Notes: generated from the sequence alone by a model not told the origin. Counted from the first letter of the stretch, positions 47,573 to 56,796 are shown. The stretch is 64,000 bases of DNA from Candidatus Saccharimonadota bacterium (GCA_013815775.1 JACDFN010000001.1:109883-173882); one strand, 5' to 3'. Translations and numbers: made by a program.

Positions 47573-48967
47573 ATGAAGCGGCCCATAGCCAATCTATGGG
47601 TGGGAACACTCTCCTTGCTGCTGTGCTTAACCAGCTTCTCATCCTTAGTATCGGCTCAAGCATTTAGCCCTCAAGAACTAACTTTAATAGAAGTTAAAAT
47701 GACCAGCTCGGAAACAGTGGTTATTCAAAATACCAGTAGTGTAGAGCTGAACCTGAGCAACTACCTTGTCCAGTACTTCAACAAACATAACCCGGCGTCT
47801 TTGAGTGTACCAACCGACGCCCAACAATTGCCGGACATGGTTCTGGCCCCAAAACAGACGATTTTATTAAACAGTGACAGCGCCGCTACCTGTGGAGCTG
47901 CAGCGGTAGCTGAGTTGGATTTTACGCTCAGTGATAGTAGTGGGTATTTGATGCTAGTTAAAGTTGAACCCCAGAGCGATGGCAGCTTTATATATCGCCC
48001 TCAGGACCGAGTAAACTGGACATCCACAACTTCCGGTGCGGATTTGCTTAAAGTACCATCAGCCACAGCCGACGCCAAAGCGGTGTGGTATAGAAAAATA
48101 GTTGATGGCTCTTGGCAGCAGGCTCAGTTAGGTAATGACTGCAGCCTTCTTATGCCTGCGATAGAGCCAGCCAATACCCCTACCTACCTACAGTGGGCTA
48201 CCGGCGAGGAACCGCCAGCCACTATTGTTAGTGCGACGGCCACTAGCTCCGCAGAATCGATTATCCCCCCTGCCAATATTGGCCTGCCAGGACCGGTGGT
48301 TACTGAGCTCTTACCAAATACTGCCCAGGGGCAAACTGATTCAGAAGACGAGTTCATCGAGCTTTATAATGGAGGCTCTAAGCCATATGAGCTCAGCGGC
48401 TACATCCTAGAGGTTGGTCTGACCACTAAGCGGGTTTATAAAATCCCTGGCGGTACAACAATTGCCGCCAAAAGCTTCAAAACTTTTTTCTCTAGCGATA
48501 CCGGCCTAGCTCTGTCCAATACTGGCAGCCAGGCGAGCCTGCTTGACCCGCTGGGCAATGTAGTGAGTCGGGCAGCCGATTATTCTAGCGCTAAGGACGG
48601 ACATAGCTGGGCACTAGCCAACGGTAAATGGTACTGGAGCACAAGTCCGACGCCCAGCTTGGCCAACGTCATAAAACAGCCGGTGGCTAAAATGTCGTCC
48701 GCTACCAAAAAATCTACTTTAAATAAATCCAGCGCCGGTGTGGTCAGGGCTGCGTCCACCACAAATACAAGCGGTTCAGCTGGAGTAAGCAGTTCGCTTG
48801 ACCCTACTGGCAACGCTCCGGGTAAGGTTCATCCATTGGTGCTTGCGGGGGTAGGCGGTCTGGCCTTACTATATGCTGGTTATGAGTACCGTCATGATGT
48901 GGCAAACCAGTTCTACCGGCTACGCCGATACCGAGCGGCTAGGCGAGAGCCTGGGCCAACTGCTTAA
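47573..48967 (+). CDS. Surface protein with lamin-tail domains (LTD) and C-terminal anchor
   Basis: Signal peptide; LTD signature VVTELLPN..DEFIELYNGGSKPYELSGYIL..LSNTGSQASLLDPLGNVV; C-terminal hydrophobic segment plus Arg-rich tail. Confidence 0.7.
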   Translation: MKRPIANLWVGTLSLLLCLTSFSSLVSAQAFSPQELTLIEVKMTSSETVVIQNTSSVELNLSNYLVQYFNKHNPASLSVPTDAQQLPDMVLAPKQTILLNSDSAATCGAAAVAELDFTLSDSSGYLMLVKVEPQSDGSFIYRPQDRVNWTSTTSGADLLKVPSATADAKAVWYRKIVDGSWQQAQLGNDCSLLMPAIEPANTPTYLQWATGEEPPATIVSATATSSAESIIPPANIGLPGPVVTELLPNTAQGQTDSEDEFIELYNGGSKPYELSGYILEVGLTTKRVYKIPGGTTIAAKSFKTFFSSDTGLALSNTGSQASLLDPLGNVVSRAADYSSAKDGHSWALANGKWYWSTSPTPSLANVIKQPVAKMSSATKKSTLNKSSAGVVRAASTTNTSGSAGVSSSLDPTGNAPGKVHPLVLAGVGGLALLYAGYEYRHDVANQFYRLRRYRAARREPGPTA

Positions 48968-49382
48968 GGGAGGGGAAGTGCTAGAGCTATGCGCCGACCT
49001 TGGTGGCGGAAAAACCACCTTTACCCGCGGGTTGGCACGAGGGTTAGAAAGTCAAGACACTGTTTCCAGCCCCACCTTTACACTAAAAAAAATTTACAAG
49101 GGCAGGGCAGGACTGGAAATTCACCACTTCGATTTCTACCGGTTAAATGAACCCGGCATAGTTGCCGACCAACTGGCTGAGTCGTTGAAAGACCTAAAAG
49201 TTGTTACCGTCGTTGAGTGGAGTGACAGCATTAGGGATGTATTGCCTGAAGAAAGACTTTGTATTGAGTTTCATCCAACCTCAGACGTTGCAGAAAAGCG
49301 GACCATGCACATTCACTATCCAGAGTCTAAAGCAGCTCTTATTAAAGAGTTAGAAACAAACCTAACTGAGGTAGAACCATGA
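48897..49382 (+). CDS. tsaE: tRNA t6A biosynthesis ATPase TsaE
   Basis: ADLGGGKTTFTRGLARGL P-loop, SPTF, H.D.YR blocks; start uncertain (48873-48897) and overlaps the upstream gene's 3' end. Confidence 0.8.
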   Translation: MWQTSSTGYADTERLGESLGQLLKGGEVLELCADLGGGKTTFTRGLARGLESQDTVSSPTFTLKKIYKGRAGLEIHHFDFYRLNEPGIVADQLAESLKDLKVVTVVEWSDSIRDVLPEERLCIEFHPTSDVAEKRTMHIHYPESKAALIKELETNLTEVEP

Positions 49383-49771
49383 TAATCCTAACCATAAGAA
49401 CCGACCGGGAAGTAGCAGAAGTAGGTGTCTATGATAGCCAAAACCAACTTGCCTATGACAGCTGGCAAGCCCACCGAGCCCTTTCCACAACTTTAAATAA
49501 GAAGATATTAGAAATACTTAACAAGTTAAGTATTTCTAGGGAAGAAGTGCAGGGGATTGTTGTATTTAAAGGTCCGGGCAGTTTTACAGGTCTGCGTATT
49601 GGGATGACTGTAGCCAACGCCCTAGCCTACGGTCTAAACCTTCCAATTGTATCCCACGGCGGTGAGCAGTGGTTAACACAGGGGGTCAAAGCCCTAGAAG
49701 CCGGAGAAAATGAGAAAATAGCCCTGCCCGAATATGGTTCACCAGCTAAGACGACCGCTCCCCGAAGCTAG
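49379..49771 (+). CDS. tsaB: TsaB-like protein (short, N-terminal ASKHA domain only)
   Basis: GPGSFTGLRIGMTVANALAY block; 130 aa; coupled to tsaE (ATGA overlap). Confidence 0.7.
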   Translation: MIILTIRTDREVAEVGVYDSQNQLAYDSWQAHRALSTTLNKKILEILNKLSISREEVQGIVVFKGPGSFTGLRIGMTVANALAYGLNLPIVSHGGEQWLTQGVKALEAGENEKIALPEYGSPAKTTAPRS

Positions 49772-50239
49772 TTAGGTGCTCCAATGCTTGGTGTGTCGGA
49801 AGTAAAGAAGCATGAGAGTATAAAGTACCAAAGTCGATACTCCCAGTATTGCCTCGTGGGTAATTAAGGTGGCTTCGCTGCCATTGGTAAACCTAAAGGA
49901 GCTGTTTAATTGAAATCTGATTTGCTGAAGCATTGTGAAGGTTAGTAAGCCAGAAGAGGCAATTACTATATTTTCAAAAAGTATGGGCAGGTTCAGCCGC
50001 TTACCCTTCGGGTTTAAAAAATAAACAACAACAAAAAATAGCAGCGGCAGCAATATGGAGGTAAAAGTAATCCAGTAAATAATATATGAGCTTGACCCGT
50101 AGCCTACATGCTCAAAGAATCCCTTAATAGTGATTAGCTGAATAATTGCCATTGTGGAAAAAACGCCCAGCACAGCCAGGACAAAGACTCTTTGAAAAAA
50201 GCTTGGAACTTGAGTTTTTTGATTTTGATTTTTTTTCAT
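49772..50239 (-). CDS. Hypothetical integral membrane protein (155 aa)
   Basis: Four TM segments. Confidence 0.5.
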   Translation of the reverse strand: MKKNQNQKTQVPSFFQRVFVLAVLGVFSTMAIIQLITIKGFFEHVGYGSSSYIIYWITFTSILLPLLFFVVVYFLNPKGKRLNLPILFENIVIASSGLLTFTMLQQIRFQLNSSFRFTNGSEATLITHEAILGVSTLVLYTLMLLYFRHTKHWST

Positions 50240-50444
50240 TATACTTATGCTAACTATACTCTCGTTGACTAGGGGCCTTCAATAGTTTTATATTAGTGAT
50301 AGGATTTTCTTTGTTTTGGGAGAGTCCAAACACATTTTTCTATAAATATTTGATCGCACCGTAACCGCCAAAACCTTGAACTAATGAAGTGATAGTGATT
50401 GTTCTTAGGATAGGCGGCTGGTTGCCCTTAGAAAGGGGTAAATT

Positions 50445-51959
50445 ATGTTAGCACTATACATTGCGCTGGCAATTGCTGGCGTGTTTGCTGGGGCTGGTGG
50501 AACTTATGCCTACACCCGCCGAAGTGGTTCTGTTGCCGCAGAAGCTGCAAAGAAAGAATTGGCGAAAGCTAAAAAGGAAGCCGAAGCCTTAGTAAAAAAA
50601 GCCCAAGAAGAAGCTGAAGGTCGGGTTGATGAGGCCCGTAAAGAAGAGAAGAAACGACGAGACGAAATTAAAGACATAGAACAACGGTTGCTAAACCGCC
50701 AAGAGTCTTTAGACAAAAAACTTGATGACCTAGATAAGCGGGCCGATGGTCTAAGAAAAGCCGAAGACGAAGTCGAGGGCTTAAAGAATGAAATTAGGGA
50801 AATTCGGGCTAAACAACAAGATAAGTTAGAGAAAATTGCCAAACTTACCAAGGCTGACGCGGCCGAGAAGCTGATGCAAATGACCGAGCGAGACATTAAG
50901 AATGACCTTGTTGGGCTAGTTGTTAAGTTGCAAAATGACGCAAAGGACCAGGCCGAAGAATTATCTGCCATGATCTTAGCCACTACCATGGAGAGAATGG
51001 CCAGTGAAGTAACCTCGGAGCGTACCGTTACGGCAGTCCGGCTAGAAGATGAAGAAATGAAGGGGCGGATTATCGGTAAAGAGGGCCGTAACATTCAAGC
51101 TTTGCAACGGGCTACTGGGGTCGATATTTTAGTAGACGAAACCCCAGGTATGATAATTCTATCTAGCTTTGATCCCGTACGCCGTGAAGTAGCGCGGCAG
51201 GCCATGGAGATGCTACTAAAAGACGGTCGGGTACATCCTGGACGCATCGAAGAAGTAGTCGAAAAAGCTCAAAAGCAAGTACAAAAAGACACAGTTCGAG
51301 CTGGTGAGGACTCTGCCCGCGAAGTCGGTGTAATAGGCATGCCCAAAGAACTTTTACAACTGCTTGGTGAACTTAAGTACCGTACCAGTTACGGCCAAAA
51401 TGTTCTGAAGCACAGCGTTGAGATGGCTCAGCTGGCTGGCGTACTGGCCGATGAGCTTGGTGCGGATGTAAAAACCGCAAAATACGCCGCGCTGATGCAC
51501 GATGTAGGTAAGGCTCTGAGCCATAAAGTAGAAGGCAAGCACCACCACATTAGCGGGGAGATGCTACGTAAATACGGAGCCCCTGAAGCAGTGGCACATG
51601 CCGCCGAAGCCCACCACGATGACATGGAAGCCACTACCGTTGAAGCTTTAGTGGTTCGGGTAGTGGATGCTATTTCAGGTGCCCGCCCCGGTGCCCGTAA
51701 TATTAGTGCCGAAAATTTTGCAGAACGTATGAAAGACTTGGAAAACACTGCTCTTGGCTTTGACGGAATTGAAAAAGCTTACGCCATTTCCGCTGGCCGT
51801 GAAGTTCGAGTGTTTGTGCAGCCGAAAGATATAAACGATCTTCAAGCTATTAAGCTGGCTCGCGATATTGCTAATAAAATTGAATCTACAATGCAGTACC
51901 CCGGCACAATTAAGGTCAATGTTATCCGCGAAACCCGAGCTATTGAGTTCGCCAAGTAG
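50445..51959 (+). CDS. rny: Ribonuclease Y
   Basis: N-terminal TM, long coiled coil, KH domain (GRIIGKEGRNI), HD domain (HSVEMA..LMHDVGK). Confidence 0.93.
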   Translation: MLALYIALAIAGVFAGAGGTYAYTRRSGSVAAEAAKKELAKAKKEAEALVKKAQEEAEGRVDEARKEEKKRRDEIKDIEQRLLNRQESLDKKLDDLDKRADGLRKAEDEVEGLKNEIREIRAKQQDKLEKIAKLTKADAAEKLMQMTERDIKNDLVGLVVKLQNDAKDQAEELSAMILATTMERMASEVTSERTVTAVRLEDEEMKGRIIGKEGRNIQALQRATGVDILVDETPGMIILSSFDPVRREVARQAMEMLLKDGRVHPGRIEEVVEKAQKQVQKDTVRAGEDSAREVGVIGMPKELLQLLGELKYRTSYGQNVLKHSVEMAQLAGVLADELGADVKTAKYAALMHDVGKALSHKVEGKHHHISGEMLRKYGAPEAVAHAAEAHHDDMEATTVEALVVRVVDAISGARPGARNISAENFAERMKDLENTALGFDGIEKAYAISAGREVRVFVQPKDINDLQAIKLARDIANKIESTMQYPGTIKVNVIRETRAIEFAK

Positions 51960-52175
51960 CCAGAACTTTGCACCGCCTACCCCTGCTGCCTGGCTGAGCC
52001 AGACACCCGGCTAGGCTTTTGGACGAATTACTGCGTCAGAAACTGCGTTGCTCGTTCGCAGTATTCTAATACAGCTCACTGCGCTACTTATTTCTTCCTT
52101 GTACTGCATCCAAATGCAGAGCTCTGGCTACATCATCTATCTTTCCAAACGCGTAGCTAGTTGTTCGCGCTAGGA

Positions 52176-52204
52176 TTGGTAGTATATTTGTCGTCTGCTA
52201 TAAT
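52176..52204 (+). promoter_or_regulatory. Promoter of the leader-tRNA-Pro(UGG) transcript
   Basis: TTGGTA 52176-52181, 17 nt, TGcTATAAT ending 52204. Confidence 0.6.
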
Positions 52205-52209
52205 TACCC

Positions 52210-52317
52210 CTGTTGCAGTTCTTTTTTAGGGAAAGGTAGCAGCCGCGGTCCGCCATAGGCGGATTCGGATTCATTCCGAAAGCGGCGTTGAAGGAAACCC
52301 GCATGGTTGTCCTTCAA
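52210..52317 (+). ncRNA. Three-way-junction RNA element forming the 5' leader of tRNA-Pro(UGG)
   Basis: P0 CTGTTGC/GTAGCAG; P1 GCCGC 52242-46/GCGGC 52282-86; P2 TCCGCC-ATA-GGCGGA 52249-63; P3 TCGGA-TTCAT-TCCGA 52265-79; P4 TTGAAGGA 52288-95/TCCTTCAA 52310-17. Confidence 0.5.
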
Positions 52318-52324
52318 GGTAGTT

Positions 52325-52401
52325 CGGGGTGTAGCGCAGTTGGCTAGCGCACCGCGTTTGGGACGCGGGGGTCGAAGGTTCGAGTCCTTTCACCCCGACC
52401 A
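52325..52401 (+). tRNA. tRNA-Pro (anticodon TGG), CCA encoded
   Basis: Acceptor CGGGGTG/CACCCCG; anticodon arm CCGCG-TTTGGGA-CGCGG. Confidence 0.92.
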
Positions 52402-52445
52402 TAAAAATTTACGCCGCATAACGTACATTGCTATAAACTTGTTAT

Positions 52446-53273
52446 ATGCCTTTTGAAAAGACCATTCGGTCACTTCCGAAAGCCGCTAGAAATGCCTCAT
52501 CAGCAGCCCGCCAGGGTCTTGGCGCGCTAAGAAGTGATAAAGCAATAGTGGTTTATCCATTGTTTGTTTTTATATTGGTTCTGGGAAGTTTAGCTGTTGT
52601 CAACGACTTGATATCATCAGCTACAACCTCTCTTGCTCAAGAATCGTTGTTTGGGCCAGAGCAGTATCTTGCGTTTTTATTTTTCGGAATTACTTCGATT
52701 ATATTATTTTATATATATCTAGCGGTTATGACCGGTTGCTTTACCTGCGTGGTGGCCGCCTCGGTTATGGCTCAGCTGGACGGACATCCAACACCACTAC
52801 TTCGGGGAATAAAAGTGGTTTTAAATCGATTGCCACGGATAGCCGCGTTTTCAGCCTTATCGATTTTTTTTATCCCGCTTGGGTTGATAGCCCAACGAAG
52901 TAAAGTACAAAGAAAACCACACGATGCAATTGGCAGCTCCTTTTCTTTAAACATGGCTCAACTAGCTCCTGCCATACTTTCGGGTAATAAAGGGGTGTTT
53001 GAAACAATCAGACATTCCGTTAACGTCATGGGAGAAGCCTGGAAAGAAAATCTTATGATTAAAGCATCGATGTATGGATTTATAATTTTTCTAGGATTGG
53101 TCAGTTTTCTACCGGGTTACATTGAGCGAAATTGGTTCGATAAAACTTCTGCTGGCACCATTAGCTGGCTGGTAAGCGTAATTTTATTAATATCATTTCT
53201 GATCATGACCAGAGTATTGGCTAGTGTGTTCACCGCCACCCTTTACTGGAGACTGACTAAAAGTAGAACATAA
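52446..53273 (+). CDS. Hypothetical integral membrane protein (275 aa)
   Basis: Six or so TM segments; TATAAA 52432-52437 lies 8 nt upstream of the ATG. Confidence 0.5.
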   Translation: MPFEKTIRSLPKAARNASSAARQGLGALRSDKAIVVYPLFVFILVLGSLAVVNDLISSATTSLAQESLFGPEQYLAFLFFGITSIILFYIYLAVMTGCFTCVVAASVMAQLDGHPTPLLRGIKVVLNRLPRIAAFSALSIFFIPLGLIAQRSKVQRKPHDAIGSSFSLNMAQLAPAILSGNKGVFETIRHSVNVMGEAWKENLMIKASMYGFIIFLGLVSFLPGYIERNWFDKTSAGTISWLVSVILLISFLIMTRVLASVFTATLYWRLTKSRT

Positions 53274-53360
53274 ATGGCGCACTCGGTGAATCCAGTTTAG
53301 AATCTCTTCCAACTGCCCGAATGCGCCAATTAAAAAGTGATTATGCAAAACTGTTTTCGC

Positions 53361-53419
53361 CCAAAACCGGCTTTGCGTCTCTGCGGGCGCCCGCCATCGC
53401 CCGCAGTCGGCTCAAAGCC
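53361..53419 (-). terminator. Compound hairpin terminator downstream of tRNA-Pro(CGG)
   Basis: Minus strand GGCTTTG..CTGCGGGCG-atggcggg-CGCCCGCAG..CAAAGCC followed by GGTTTTGGG. Confidence 0.45.
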
Positions 53420-53438
53420 GAAATTGAAAATTCTCTTT

Positions 53439-53516
53439 TGGTCGGGGTGAGAGGACTCGAACCTCCGACCTCAGCGTCCCGAACGCTGCGCGCTAGCCTG
53501 GCTGCGCTACACCCCG
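53439..53516 (-). tRNA. tRNA-Pro (anticodon CGG), CCA encoded
   Basis: Acceptor CGGGGTG/CACCCCG; anticodon arm CAGCG-TTCGGGA-CGCTG; short unstructured leader, unlike the UGG isoacceptor. Confidence 0.92.
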
Positions 53517-53548
53517 TGCGTGGCTAGATTGTAACAAAATAATATACA

Positions 53549-54205
53549 ATGGTTATAATGCTTGCGGTTATTGCCAGCCTGGTCGTTATCTCAGTCATCT
53601 TGGCAGTAGCCGAAATCCTTTGGCGTAAGAAGATATTAAAAGGCGAAAACCAAAGAAAATTTGTGCACATCAGTATAGGCACATTTGCTGCTTTTTGGCC
53701 CTGGCTGATGAGTTGGGAGGCTATCCAGCTGCTAGGGCTAATAATGACCGTGGGAGTACTCCTTAATAGACACCGAACTTTTCTACACTACCTGGGTAAC
53801 ATCCGTATAACGCACAATTACGGTGATGTATTTTTGCCAATAGCAATTGTTATTGCCAGCCTTGTTACAACTAATAAGATTTTCTTTGCCATCGCAATTT
53901 TGCATGTTTCTCTAGCCGATGGGCTCGCCGCTGTAGTCGGCAAGAACCTAGGCAGGCACTGGAAGTATAAGATTTTTAAACATAGTAAGACGGTAGTTGG
54001 CTCAATGACTTTTTGGCTTGTTTCAGTATGTATATTGGGGGTAGGAATCCTGGCTGCGCATGATTCCTTCTCTTACGATCAGTATTCGTTATTGCTACTT
54101 ACCCTTCCACCTATGCTAATGATAATTGAAAACGTAGTTGGATTTGGGATGGACAATATAGCAGTGCCAGCTGCTGTTTTAGTTGCCCTAAACCTGGCAG
54201 TCTAG
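53549..54205 (+). CDS. Polyprenol/dolichol/phytol kinase-type membrane protein (CTP-dependent kinase / CdsA superfamily)
   Basis: QRKFVHISIG, LADGLAAVVGKNLG, KTVVGSMTF blocks. Confidence 0.5.
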   Translation: MVIMLAVIASLVVISVILAVAEILWRKKILKGENQRKFVHISIGTFAAFWPWLMSWEAIQLLGLIMTVGVLLNRHRTFLHYLGNIRITHNYGDVFLPIAIVIASLVTTNKIFFAIAILHVSLADGLAAVVGKNLGRHWKYKIFKHSKTVVGSMTFWLVSVCILGVGILAAHDSFSYDQYSLLLLTLPPMLMIIENVVGFGMDNIAVPAAVLVALNLAV

Positions 54206-54224
54206 AACATAAGCTACCAATCTC

Positions 54225-54698
54225 CTAAGATTGGCCAATCAGAATACCGGAAATAAACACTAGTGCGCCGCCCACAACTACTTGTAAAACTGATAACCAA
54301 AATTTCATTTTAAAGAAATGGTAACGAATGTAAGCGATAGCTATCAGCTCTATTCCTACAACAAGATAAGCAATAGTTAGGGCAGTGTCTAAGTCTGATA
54401 TCAAAAACGGTATAGTGTGGAAAATTCCACCCAAAAAAGTGGTAATCCCAACTATAACTCCGCGCCTTATTGGGTGGCCGCGCCCCGTAAGTTTTCCGTC
54501 ATCGCTCATTCCTTCGGAAAAGCCCATGCTGATAGCCGCACCAACTGCTGCCGAGGTGCCAATCAAAAATGCAACCCGAGGGTCTTTAGTGGCAAAAGCG
54601 GCAGCAAAGAGGGGCGCCAACGTGGATATAGAACCATCCATAAGACCCAGAAGAGCAGGCTGTACGGTCTGCAGGACAAATTTATTATCTTCTTTCAT
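54225..54698 (-). CDS. VIT1/CCC1 family (Fe/Mn) transporter-like protein, short form
   Basis: LGLMDGSISTLAPLF, AISMGFSEGMSDDG, TTFLGGIFHTIPFL blocks. ATG 54698 is chosen because the tracked start 54749 lies inside tRNA-His. Confidence 0.6.
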   Translation of the reverse strand: MKEDNKFVLQTVQPALLGLMDGSISTLAPLFAAAFATKDPRVAFLIGTSAAVGAAISMGFSEGMSDDGKLTGRGHPIRRGVIVGITTFLGGIFHTIPFLISDLDTALTIAYLVVGIELIAIAYIRYHFFKMKFWLSVLQVVVGGALVFISGILIGQS

Positions 54699-54704
54699 AA
54701 AAAA

Positions 54705-54782
54705 TGGGGCGAATGATGGGTCTTGAACCCACGACCTTCGGGACCACAACCCGACGCTCTAACCAACTGAGCTACATCCGCC
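54705..54782 (-). tRNA. tRNA-His (anticodon GTG) with encoded G-1 and CCA
   Basis: G-1 + GCGGATG/CATTCGC + C73; anticodon arm TCGGG-TTGTGGT-CCCGA. Confidence 0.92.
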
Positions 54783-54788
54783 GTAAAA
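54766..54788. repeat. 23-bp direct repeat, copy 1 (tRNA-His 5' end plus 6 nt of leader)
   Basis: ACTGAGCTACATCCGCCGTAAAA, identical to 56855-56877. Confidence 0.9.
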
Positions 54789-54858
54789 TACGGGTTAATT
54801 TTAACCTGTTTTAGGTGAAAAAACCAGATGCAGTGTTGGGGTTCAAGCTAGAAATTGT

Positions 54859-56583
54859 TTACTGCAGGGTGGAGCCGCAAACGGCTGGAGGCTGTACGAT
54901 TGAGTAGGACTGTGATTGTTGTGGGCCAAGGGTCATTACCTGCATATTGCCGTATAAGCTTGGCGGCATATACGCATATGTTACATCGCCCCAAGGGTAG
55001 GTTATATTACTGAATATATCTGACTTCGGGTCCAGAGCATACAGGGTCAAGCCACCCCCTCTGTCGCCTAAGTACATTCCGTAAGTTTGCATGGCCTTAG
55101 CGATTATTTTTTGCCAGCTGTTTAGGCCCAGGCTGTTTAAGTCCAAGGCCGGGTTAAGCCGTACTCTTGCTCCTTCAGGTATCGTACCCGCCGCTGTACT
55201 TTGACCATCGCTGGTATATGAAGGCAAGACGGGCCCGCCGCCCTTAACGTACTGTGCGTCCATACTGAAGACTAGGGCGTGGTTTATCACCCCAGCTGCC
55301 ATTTCACTTGGCAAAATCAAACCGCCGCCCAGCGCGAAGCTAGAGCCACGGGTGGGGATAGCCGGCTTGATGAAGGTGCCGGTTTCAGTTTTTAGTAGTG
55401 CGTTAGCAACCCCGGCTGACCATGCTCCGGTGCTCGATTTGGCGGCTTTCCAAAAGTCGTACTCGCAGTTGGTCGACTTATCTATTATTAACATGTGAGC
55501 ATCTGTGCCGTTAGCGGGAACGGCATTGGCTGGGATAGGTACGTTTAAGAACTTAGTCGCCCCGCCATTGTAGTTAGTGGTAAAGCTAACTGTGGTTCGA
55601 GGGGTGTTAGCATCGGCATAATACGCCGCTACCGAATAGGATTTAACCGCGATAGGCGTACCAGCACTTGAGTTAGCGGAGCCTAAGAGGCTTTGTACCA
55701 TGGCGGAAGAATTGGGGTCTATTGTCGCTGTAGAAGGAATAGGCAAGTTCCAAAAACTTGACGCTGAGTAAAAGAATGCACTACTTGGAGGCGGAGGTGG
55801 CGGTGGAGGCGTAGCAGCAGTAACCGTAACGGTGGTACTAGCATTGGCACTGCCCCCACTCCCACTGCAGCTCAAGGTATAGGTGCTGGTAGTATTTAGA
55901 GCTCCGGTAGAGACTGAACCACTAGTTGGCTGAGCTCCACTCCAAGCCCCACTGGCACTGCAGCTAGTAGCATTGGTAGAGTTCCAGGTCAGCGTAGAGG
56001 GTGATCCCGCACTCACCGAGGTTGGTGTAGCGCTCAACGAGATTGTTGGCGCTGGTGTACCTACCGATACTCCGTAAAACCGACTAACATCTAGGTAAAG
56101 ATCAGTTGTGCAGGCACTACCGCCGGTGTAGCTAATATATACGTTACGGTTACCACTAGCTGCATTGCTACTAGCACTGTAGGTAGTCCAACCGCTGGAG
56201 GAAACGGTAGTACTAATAAGTTGAACTCCACTCAGTTCAACTCTCATGGATGGCCATTTACCATGGCACTTGGTGGCTTTAGCCACTAGGCTATAACTAC
56301 TAAGCGATGACGGCAGTGAAACAATACCCTGAATTACACCAGAACCCCTCAACCTAACAGCCTTACCGCTACTGGCGTAAGTATCGGTGATAATACTGCC
56401 CCCACTAGGCAGGCTCATTTGCTCTGCTTCTAAACTAGCCACCAAAGGCCCAGCTGCAAAAGTCCTATATAGAAAAAAGCCCCCAATGACCGCAAACAAC
56501 ACAGCGAATACAATCATCCGACGCTTAGAGAAGGAAGGATTACTATTTAATAGTTTTGTTTTTAACATTCGTAGTCTCTTCAT
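54859..56583 (-). CDS. Secreted protein: N-terminal anchor, CBM-like domain, Ig-like module, poly-Pro linker, unknown C-terminal domain
   Basis: 574 aa; anchor FAVLFAVIGGFFLYRTFAAGP; LEAEQMSL..SGKAVRL lectin/CBM-like; Ig-like module shared with 57017-59260; PPPPPPPPP. Confidence 0.6.
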   Translation of the reverse strand: MKRLRMLKTKLLNSNPSFSKRRMIVFAVLFAVIGGFFLYRTFAAGPLVASLEAEQMSLPSGGSIITDTYASSGKAVRLRGSGVIQGIVSLPSSLSSYSLVAKATKCHGKWPSMRVELSGVQLISTTVSSSGWTTYSASSNAASGNRNVYISYTGGSACTTDLYLDVSRFYGVSVGTPAPTISLSATPTSVSAGSPSTLTWNSTNATSCSASGAWSGAQPTSGSVSTGALNTTSTYTLSCSGSGGSANASTTVTVTAATPPPPPPPPSSAFFYSASSFWNLPIPSTATIDPNSSAMVQSLLGSANSSAGTPIAVKSYSVAAYYADANTPRTTVSFTTNYNGGATKFLNVPIPANAVPANGTDAHMLIIDKSTNCEYDFWKAAKSSTGAWSAGVANALLKTETGTFIKPAIPTRGSSFALGGGLILPSEMAAGVINHALVFSMDAQYVKGGGPVLPSYTSDGQSTAAGTIPEGARVRLNPALDLNSLGLNSWQKIIAKAMQTYGMYLGDRGGGLTLYALDPKSDIFSNITYPWGDVTYAYMPPSLYGNMQVMTLGPQQSQSYSIVQPPAVCGSTLQ

Positions 56584-56796
56584 AGATTAGAGTTATATAT
56601 TCAATAATTATTGTTATGTTTATTAGGGGGCGTGTCAATAGGGAGGGGAGTCTCGCAAGCTGCCAGTATTATACTTATAAGGCTTATAGGTGCTTACGAA
56701 CCAAATTATCAGTCGGCCCAATATAAAAACTTTGATTATCACACTTAAGAATATATATGAAGAACATGTACCTAATCCTGAGCTTGTCGAAGGACG

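Noticed and set aside
52231-52250. Possibility that the GGAAAGGTAGCAGCC box marks an SRP (4.5S) RNA, by analogy with GGAAGCAGCC in domain IV.
   Set aside because: No 5' strand or GNRA tetraloop forming helix 8 could be built. The element occurs three times and is fused to tRNAs, which does not fit a single-copy ffs gene.
52242-52286. Three-way junction tested by eye against hammerhead, twister and purine-riboswitch cores.
   Set aside because: There is no CUGANGA/GAAA hammerhead core and no twister-type conserved nucleotides. The loops are too short for purine-riboswitch loop-loop contacts. Left unclassified.
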